This document shows, in pieces, positions 57,629 to 64,000 of a stretch of DNA of 64,000 nt. Each line of letters opens with the position of its first letter. The first letter of the stretch is position 1. Position numbers and translations under genes: made by a program. Source of the stretch: Promethearchaeota archaeon (GTDB taxonomy: Archaea > Asgardarchaeota > Lokiarchaeia > Sigyniarchaeales > Sigyniarchaeaceae); the NCBI GenBank assembly GCA_041305945.1, contig JBGLND010000001.1, forward strand, positions 3,216,218 to 3,280,217, read 5' to 3'. Below the pieces are notes generated by a model. That model was not told where the DNA came from. It searched no databases and was given only the letters and a program-made list of their open reading frames with translations.

Positions 57629-58132
57629 TCACCTGCCGTTCAATTGCGGCATGCTGAAGAAGATGATTCCCGTCTCGCGCTCGATCTCGTCGTACAATTC
57701 CTGGTATAGTTGCCGCATGCGCATGAGGTTGGCCATGACCGCCTTGTAATTTTGTTTCAATGTATCCTTGTTCAGCGTTGCATGTCCGTTATTCTTGGCA
57801 ACATCGATCTTGGCCTTCACGGATTCGATCTCCGCGACGATTTGGTGGATCTGGGCTTGTATCGCGGACACCTTGGACGATTGTTTCTCGATCTTCTTGA
57901 GAGTTGCGCCCTCGTTGATCATGTTGTTGAGGGTGTATTCCTCGGCAACGAGTTCCGTCCGGAGTGCATCATACCTCCTTTCATGCGCGCCAAGCTCGGC
58001 TTCCCACTTCGGAACGTCCCTCGTGTTGGCCGTATCGTCTTGCATCTGCTTCAATTGCTTCCCATATTCATCGAACCGGATGAGTTGCTGCCGTATCGAT
58101 TCCCGAAGGAGTGGATTTGGGTTTTCCATCAT
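57629..58132 (-). CDS. Coiled-coil protein, uncharacterised family (paralog B)
   Basis: It is a clear paralog of 56410..56973, with the same motifs. Confidence 0.5.
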   Translation of the reverse strand: MMENPNPLLRESIRQQLIRFDEYGKQLKQMQDDTANTRDVPKWEAELGAHERRYDALRTELVAEEYTLNNMINEGATLKKIEKQSSKVSAIQAQIHQIVAEIESVKAKIDVAKNNGHATLNKDTLKQNYKAVMANLMRMRQLYQELYDEIERETGIIFFSMPQLNGR

Positions 58133-58402
58133 ACGTCTCCCGTTTCACTAGACGTGCCAGATTTTAAAAGTCTTTCGTTTCGTTGTATGCATTCGTGCTT
58201 ATATTCATGAACGGGACACCCCGCGGTATGTTGCATTGCCACGGAATCTCACACGGCTAAAATTCATCCCCCCGTCCCGGCGAGTTACCGTTTGAGATTC
58301 TTTCAATGTACCGGGCCGCATGGATGACGACCGAGCTGGGCATGGCATCGTGGCTCGCGCCCGAGCCACGAAGACACACGCTATCGATATATCTGTTTGC
58401 TA

Positions 58403-59851
58403 CTAAGGGCTTAGCTTGGTGCAGTTGCCGAAAACATCAACAAACTCGTCTATCGACCTGTTAATAATTTTCCATGCATCACCCTTCCCTTGCCATTCCC
58501 TTACCGATGCATACTTCGGTTCCTCGAGGTTCTTGTACGTCCGGAAGAATTCCTTGATTTCATCAAGCACGTGGCAAGGAATGTGTTCCAACTCTTGGTA
58601 CACGTTGAAGAATGGATCGTGAATGGCCACTGAAAGGATTTTTTCGTCTATTCCCTTCTCATCTTCCATGATGAGTACACCCACGGGTCTCGCTGGAATG
58701 ATCGTTCCCGGGTAAGTCGGGTTGCTGATCATGACCAGGATATCGAGTGCATCGCCATCCGGAGCATGAGTGCCCGGGATGAGGCCGTAATCTTGTGGAT
58801 ACATGACACTGGAGTGCAGGACTCTATCCAGCATCAACAAGCCCGTGGATTTAGACATTTCATATTTGTTCTGCGTTTTTTTCGGGCATTCAACGATTGC
58901 ATTCACGATCCTTGGTGGATCGGGGCCGTGTATGATATGTTTCCAAGGAAGCAGCGGTTCCATCGCAATCACGGGCACAATCCTATAATCTTGATATCTA
59001 TGCCGCGAAGCAATAAAAAGCGGATCCTCCATTCGTTCTGAAATTTTTTCTGGAAGGGGGTCAGGATTGAAGACACACTCGCCACCGAGCTTGTAAATGC
59101 GTTCCGAGATGAGATCGAGGTGCTTCATCTCCTCCATGAAGGTTTTTTTAAGCAGGTCAGAAATAACTTGTGCCTTGTTGGAATTTTTCAATACTTCCAA
59201 GGGCTCCTTCTTCACCCGGAGCGCCAGCTTTTTCGCCTTCTCGTGCTGGTTGGTGTATTGAACGATCGCAGAGATCTCGGCTGCGACGGCCTTGTTGAGC
59301 AGGTCAAAATACTCGCTCGTGTATACCTTGGTGTGCTTGGTCTCGATGTCCGCGGGACCATCCGGCTCGGAAAAATCGAGGCTCTTGTATGCTTCAAAGA
59401 ACCTTAAGTGCTCTTCCTCGTCCTTGTATATCTTCCTGAACATCTGGACCGTGGTCTGGTCGCCGCAAGACCGTGCTTCCCGGATGACCTTGTCGTAGAG
59501 GGCCAAGGCTTCTGATTCGGCTTTCTCGTTGTTGACCATGTATTCCTTGAGATTGGTGCCGATGTCTGGCTTATCGGCTTTCGTGGTCGCTTCCCCGCCA
59601 AGGCGGTAGATGCGTTCCATGATCTCTCCCGCATGCTTCATCTCTTCGATCGCGAACTTCTTGATCTGGTGTCCGAGCTGCTCGTAGGTCGTCGTTTCCA
59701 GGAGGATATTTTCAAGCCTAATCCTCTTGAGAATTTTCTCCATACGAGTGTACTGGAGAATGTATTGAACCACGACTTGCAATTCACGAGCAACCGACGC
59801 GTTGAGCAATTTAAAGAGTTCTGCTGATGGTTGTACGCTCATGTATCTCAC
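58403..59851 (-). CDS. Fusion of two ferritin-like (bacterioferritin/rubrerythrin-type diiron) domains and a family-I inorganic pyrophosphatase
   Basis: Two repeats carry ...VVQYILQYT...EEMKHAGEIMERI and ISAIVQYTNQH...EEMKHLDLISERI (ExxH diiron ligands). The PPase core follows (ECPKKTQNKYEM, DRVL, YPQDYGLIPGT, DGDALDILV). Confidence 0.7.
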   Translation of the reverse strand: MRYMSVQPSAELFKLLNASVARELQVVVQYILQYTRMEKILKRIRLENILLETTTYEQLGHQIKKFAIEEMKHAGEIMERIYRLGGEATTKADKPDIGTNLKEYMVNNEKAESEALALYDKVIREARSCGDQTTVQMFRKIYKDEEEHLRFFEAYKSLDFSEPDGPADIETKHTKVYTSEYFDLLNKAVAAEISAIVQYTNQHEKAKKLALRVKKEPLEVLKNSNKAQVISDLLKKTFMEEMKHLDLISERIYKLGGECVFNPDPLPEKISERMEDPLFIASRHRYQDYRIVPVIAMEPLLPWKHIIHGPDPPRIVNAIVECPKKTQNKYEMSKSTGLLMLDRVLHSSVMYPQDYGLIPGTHAPDGDALDILVMISNPTYPGTIIPARPVGVLIMEDEKGIDEKILSVAIHDPFFNVYQELEHIPCHVLDEIKEFFRTYKNLEEPKYASVREWQGKGDAWKIINRSIDEFVDVFGNCTKLSP

Positions 59852-60086
59852 GTTGAAATTGCGTGTTTGAACTTTCGATGAGTGCGCGATAATCGATGAA
59901 AAAATTCATATGCGCGCCACTCGTATAGATACTGGTTTCACACGTTCGTTAAAAAGATTATCGCTTACGGCTAAAAGAATCCTCGTTACTCGCGTGGCAC
60001 ATGATATCCCATTATCATCGATAGAACCGGGTAACAGCCCGATGATCGTCGTGACACGAGGCAATTACCATGCATAATCATGTCAA

Positions 60087-61391
60087 GTGACAAGCACGCG
60101 GGATATATCAATGATAGAAATAAATGAGGAAACGAGCAAGTACATGGATGCTATCGTGAACGATATCATCAAGGAAATCGGGCCTCGAATGCCATGCAGC
60201 CCCGCGGAGGCGAGGGCGGCAGACCGCATCAAAGGAGAAATGGAAAAAACTTGCGACGAGGTGACCGTTGAACCATTCACTTGCCATCCAAGGGCATTCC
60301 TCGGGTGGGTAAAAATCGATGTCCTGTGCGTGGTGGCATCCCTCTTGCTATTCCAAGGGGCGAGCGCCATGACCACGGATGGAACGTGGCTCGGGGTCGC
60401 GCTTGCCGTGTCTGTGTCCTTGGTGGGATTGGGATTGGCCATCACGATAAAGGAGTTTTTTAATTACGATGAGTTCATCGACCATCTTTACAAAGAATTG
60501 CCGTCACAGAACGTGACAGGCCGGATCATGGCGAAGACAGCACCAAGAAAGGTCTTGATGTTTTCCGGCCACCACGACAGTGCCTTGCAGTTTAACTTGA
60601 TCAACCACCTGGGGATTGTGGGTTACGGGGTGCTCATCTTCGTGGGATTTGGCATTTTCCTTTTTTGGGGACTGGTGGCAGGGATAGGGGTTATACTTTC
60701 GATTGCCGGGCTCCCGTTGAATACTATTCAAAGCGTGAGCTTGTGGATACTCGTTCCCGGCACCCCGGTGGTGGTTGCATTCTGGTTTTTCGTTTCATCC
60801 GGTGAGAAGGCAAACAAGGTCCCTGGGGCTGCGGATAACTTGAGCGCGGTCGCTGTCGTGTTGGCCATCGGAAAATACATCAAGGAACACCCGGGATTTC
60901 TCCCGGATGACGTGGAAGTCAGGTTGATCTCGTTTGGATGCGAAGAGGCTGGCTTGCGCGGTGCATACCGGTATGTTGAAGCCCACCGCGATGAGATACA
61001 ACGATCAGGAGCTGTGCTGTACAACATGGACGGCATCCAAGACCGCACGAAATTCATGGCCTTCACGTTCGAGCCGACCACGCGAACCAAGCACGATATG
61101 GAGACCACCAACAATCTCATCGAGGCAGCCCATTCCCACGGCATCTCGATGGCAGTATTCGGCAATTCCCTTGCGTCCCGGCTGGGGGGCTGGTTCTCCG
61201 GGGGAACCGACGCAGCGGCGTTCTCCAAGGCGGGATTGAAGGCATCGTCATTCGGGGCGATCAACATCCTTGAATACGCAAGACACTACCACACGGTTCG
61301 GGACACGCCCGACAAGATCACGCCTGGCACGCTTGAAGAATGCTTGAAAATTGTACTCGGGATAATCGAAAAGGAACGAAATAATGAATGA
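60087..61391 (+). CDS. M28-family zinc aminopeptidase with inserted transmembrane helices
   Basis: It has the M28 metal ligands FSGHHDS, GAADNLSAV, FGCEEAGLRG and HTVRDT. There are 3-4 hydrophobic helices between residues ~75-230. Confidence 0.7.
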   Translation: MTSTRDISMIEINEETSKYMDAIVNDIIKEIGPRMPCSPAEARAADRIKGEMEKTCDEVTVEPFTCHPRAFLGWVKIDVLCVVASLLLFQGASAMTTDGTWLGVALAVSVSLVGLGLAITIKEFFNYDEFIDHLYKELPSQNVTGRIMAKTAPRKVLMFSGHHDSALQFNLINHLGIVGYGVLIFVGFGIFLFWGLVAGIGVILSIAGLPLNTIQSVSLWILVPGTPVVVAFWFFVSSGEKANKVPGAADNLSAVAVVLAIGKYIKEHPGFLPDDVEVRLISFGCEEAGLRGAYRYVEAHRDEIQRSGAVLYNMDGIQDRTKFMAFTFEPTTRTKHDMETTNNLIEAAHSHGISMAVFGNSLASRLGGWFSGGTDAAAFSKAGLKASSFGAINILEYARHYHTVRDTPDKITPGTLEECLKIVLGIIEKERNNE

Positions 61392-61427
61392 GATTTACTT
61401 CCATATCAACAATATTTCTCTTCACCG

Positions 61428-62078
61428 TTACTTGATTCCGTTCGTCTTGAGAAACAACGGCGCATACATCACTTTTTTCAAGACAGGCAGGTGCTGGAAA
61501 AGAATCTCGCCCGCCTTGAAGTCGTAATCCGGGGCCCCGTCCGCGGCGTAATCCGCGTGGTAGCATTCCACGATGAGCTTGCGAAGGTCAGCACGGCTTG
61601 CCAAGGTGTCACAAAAGTGTGCCCACAGGTCCTCGTCTTGCTGGGCTTGCCAGAACAAATAGCTGTTTTTTCGTCCTGACCGCAAGAACTTGCTCACGAG
61701 CAAACGGCCGAGCAGGCGCTTGTACTCGGCGAGGTTCTCAGGGGTTGGCGGTAGCCCTTTCTCCCGCAAGCCGGCCATGACTTGAACGGCGAGCTTGGCC
61801 GAGAGCCCTGCTTCCCAGACGCCTTCGTAATAGAACTGGTGCGCGAGACCTGCCGCATCGCCCAATGCAAGCACGCGGTGGGAATACGGGGTTTTGACCG
61901 GGGCCGCGGGAATGAGGGCGGTCACGAATGCCGAATGCATCCCGTCCAGAACGCGTTCCCGCGTTCCTTGGAACAATGGCTTGATGCGGGGATCACGGGA
62001 GATGGTATCGAGAAATTTTTCCTTGGTTGTCTTGTAATCGATGATGCCCGCGTTGAAAGTATCTTTCCTCGGTCCCAC
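61428..62078 (-). pseudogene. Geranylgeranyl reductase family (FAD-dependent) C-terminal fragment
   Basis: RVLALGDAAGLAHQ matches the GGR substrate/FAD motif (GDAAG). The N-terminal FAD-binding GxGxxG domain of ~180 aa is absent. The ORF begins right where the divergent gene starts. Confidence 0.6.
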
Positions 62079-62095
62079 CTACCGATAGGGCTCGC

Positions 62096-63482
62096 GATGA
62101 TCGCAGCGGTTCTGCGGGACGCGGGGCACGACGTTTTCGTGATCGATGCAACCGTGCAGAAGCTGAACATCCACCGATTGGCGAAGAAAGTTGCCGAGCA
62201 GCAGCCCGGCGTCATCGGTATCACAGCGAACGTGGCATTTGGCTGGAAGGCGATGCTCACGGGGAAATGGCTAAAGCGCGCGCTACCCGCGAGCAAGGTG
62301 GTCTTTGGTGGGCCGTGGCCGTCGACGGAATATCGCATGCTGCTCGAACACGGGGCCGCAGACGCCGTCATTATCGGTGAAGGCGAGAATTCAACTCTTG
62401 CCTTGCTTGACGCGTGGCAAAAGGGAACATCCTTGGAATCCATAAAGGGTATCGCGTTTATCGGTAGCAGCGGCGTCGTGGCCACCGATCGCCCGCCACT
62501 GATCGAGGATCTCGACGCGCTCCCGTTCCCCGCGTGGGACCTGTTTCCGCGCCCCGCGAGGTACGTCATCAGCTCTAGGGGGAAACGCCACTACCCCATT
62601 ATGACATCTCGGGGCTGCCCGTTCGACTGCATCAACTGCACCAAGTTCGTCCACGGGTTCAAGCTCCGGAACAGGTCCATCGGGAACGTGATCGACGAGA
62701 TAAAGCACTTGCGTCGGCGTTTCTATGCCGACGAGATCGTTTTCATCGACGACGGGTTCAACTGCAACGTCGAGCGGGCGGAGCAGCTATGTGACGCGAT
62801 ACAAGCGCTCGATTTTAAGATCCACCTCCGCTGCCCGAGCATCCGGGCTGATCGGCTCACGCCACGTCTTGCATGGAAGCTCAAACAAGCCGGTGCCTAC
62901 GACGTGGCCGTCGGAATCGAATCTGGAAATCAGGCCATCGTGAACGCTATTGGCAAGAACCTGGATCTCCGTGCTGCGAAGCGCGCGATCAGGCTATTGA
63001 AGCGGTTACGAGTGATGACGATGGGCTTTTTCATGGTAGGCTTGCCTGGCGAGAACATCCACACGGTGCTGGACACCAAGCGTTTCATAATGGAATCGGG
63101 GCTTGACATCGTTGACATATTCAAGATCGTGCCGATCCCCGGCACCAAACTCGCGAGTATCATAGATAGAGAAGCCACTATGCTACTAGATCACGGGAAG
63201 CGCATGCAGTTTTATTCTTACGACACCCCGGTGTTCGAAATGGAAGGTATGCCATATGAGCTCGTGATGCTCGCCATCCAGGACATGTACCGGTCCTTCT
63301 ACCTGAACCCACGCAAGTTATCATGGTTTGTCAAGCAAGTAGCCGTCACGAACTGGCGTTGGTACATCAGCGCATTCTTACTAGTCTTGCGTCGCGTCCT
63401 CGGAAGGAATCGAAAAGGGGGCACGAAGGATACGAAATCGGTCATCCTGGAGAAGATGCGTGGTAGGAAAGCGGGTACGTAA
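62096..63482 (+). CDS. Cobalamin-binding radical SAM (class B) protein
   Basis: The B12-binding domain has IAAVLRDAGHDVFVIDA...VVFGGPW. The radical SAM cluster is SRGCPFDCINCTK. The first ATG in frame is at 62096, so it may lack ~15 N-terminal residues. The track ORF 61782..63482 has an antisense extension. Confidence 0.75.
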
Positions 63483-63551
63483 GGGAAGAAGAGTATCTTC
63501 AGCGTTTGTAACCTGCTGTCGATTATGGTGCTGTGTCCGATTACAAGAGGC

Positions 63552-64000
63552 CTAGAAGGGGATGCCCAGAAGGGCTAGGAATAGGATCATGAACGCGCCG
63601 ATCAGCAATGGGTTGAGGATGTTGTCCATGATGCGCTTCGAGAACACGTCGATGGCCGCGAATACCAGCGCGTTACCCGTCGCCAGCATGAGTACGTGCG
63701 ACCACGAGACCGTGTCCCACCACGGCGCCAGTGAGAAACCGAGCAGGGTCATGGCGAATGCCACGATACTCCCGGCGGCCAATCCCTCCCACGACTTGCG
63801 CGGACAGGCGGGGATCTTGTGCTTACCAAACCGTTTCCCGATGAGTGAGGCCATCGCATCGGCCAGGCTCTCGACGAGGGCGACCGTGACGAAGACCGTG
63901 AACGGGCCGAATAAGAATGGCATGAGGCAGAGCACGACGGGGATGGACGAGATCATGGCCTGCGACTCGCTCTCCTTCAAGCTGCTAGCGAACCACTTGT
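63552..64000 (-). CDS. CTP-transferase-1 family integral membrane protein (CdsA/CarS/dolichol-kinase-like), partial (N-terminus beyond the window end)
   Basis: KSWEG..AGS and ESLADAMASLIGKRFGKHKIP resemble the K(S/T)WEG motif of polyprenol/dolichol kinase and CDP-alcohol synthases. It has several TM helices. Confidence 0.5.
   Translation of the reverse strand, partial: KWFASSLKESESQAMISSIPVVLCLMPFLFGPFTVFVTVALVESLADAMASLIGKRFGKHKIPACPRKSWEGLAAGSIVAFAMTLLGFSLAPWWDTVSWSHVLMLATGNALVFAAIDVFSKRIMDNILNPLLIGAFMILFLALLGIPF

Noticed and set aside
56410-58132. Calling the two coiled-coil paralogs ESCRT-III/Snf7 or SNARE proteins.
   Set aside because: They have no C-terminal TM anchor, which argues against SNARE. 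They lack the Snf7 basic-N/acidic-C charge asymmetry and MIM-like tail that I could verify. They are left as an unassigned coiled-coil family.
1-64000. tRNA/rRNA genes, transposases, integrases and prophage structural genes.
   Set aside because: No T-loop/D-loop cloverleaf candidates were found in intergenic spacers. No DDE/HUH transposase, tyrosine/serine recombinase motifs or phage capsid/terminase-like ORFs were recognised. The mosaic junctions lack flanking inverted or direct repeats that I could see.

Overview
This GC-rich 64 kb window has archaeal gene content. It carries replication factor C (RFC) clamp-loader subunits, a CdhA/CooS-type Ni-CODH, ferredoxin-nitroreductase fusions, a radical SAM enzyme with a zinc-ribbon, a geranylgeranyl reductase fragment and a CdsA/DolK-family membrane protein. 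It also carries several eukaryotic-signature-like proteins: a Rab-like small GTPase, a longin-fold protein, a gelsolin-like coiled-coil protein and an LRR fragment. These suggest an Asgard-like or related archaeon, but that lineage call is inference. Gene density is high on both strands, and many long ORFs antisense to real genes are spurious high-GC ORFs. Most of the content is accessory metabolism: five Gfo/Idh/MocA oxidoreductase paralogs, two sulfatases, a GH2 glycosidase, a DUF4874-like hydrolase, a carboxy(nor)spermidine dehydrogenase/decarboxylase pair, acyl-CoA synthetases, an NAD-dependent HIBADH-type reductase, a PHP phosphoesterase, an EEP hydrolase, CorA and an M28 peptidase. At least a dozen abrupt junctions separate unrelated gene fragments. 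Two of them are seamless in-frame chimeras: an MR/MLE N-terminus joined to a nitroreductase C-terminus, and an RfcL N-terminus abutting a CdhA core. This mosaicism could mean a chimeric assembly, heavy genome decay or a recombined/synthetic origin, so the window needs read-level validation. The most system-like novel candidates are (i) a co-directional nuclease pair, a 638-aa PIN-domain protein followed 28 bp downstream by a PD-(D/E)xK (Mrr/Hjc-like) protein; (ii) a 1066-aa domain-less helical orphan protein; (iii) a Rab-like GTPase neighbourhood with two paralogous coiled-coil proteins; and (iv) a ~1.7 kb GC-rich non-coding tract made of GC-stem/T-loop hairpins with a degenerate 43-bp tandem repeat. 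I found no rRNA, tRNA, CRISPR array, transposase or integrase by eye.
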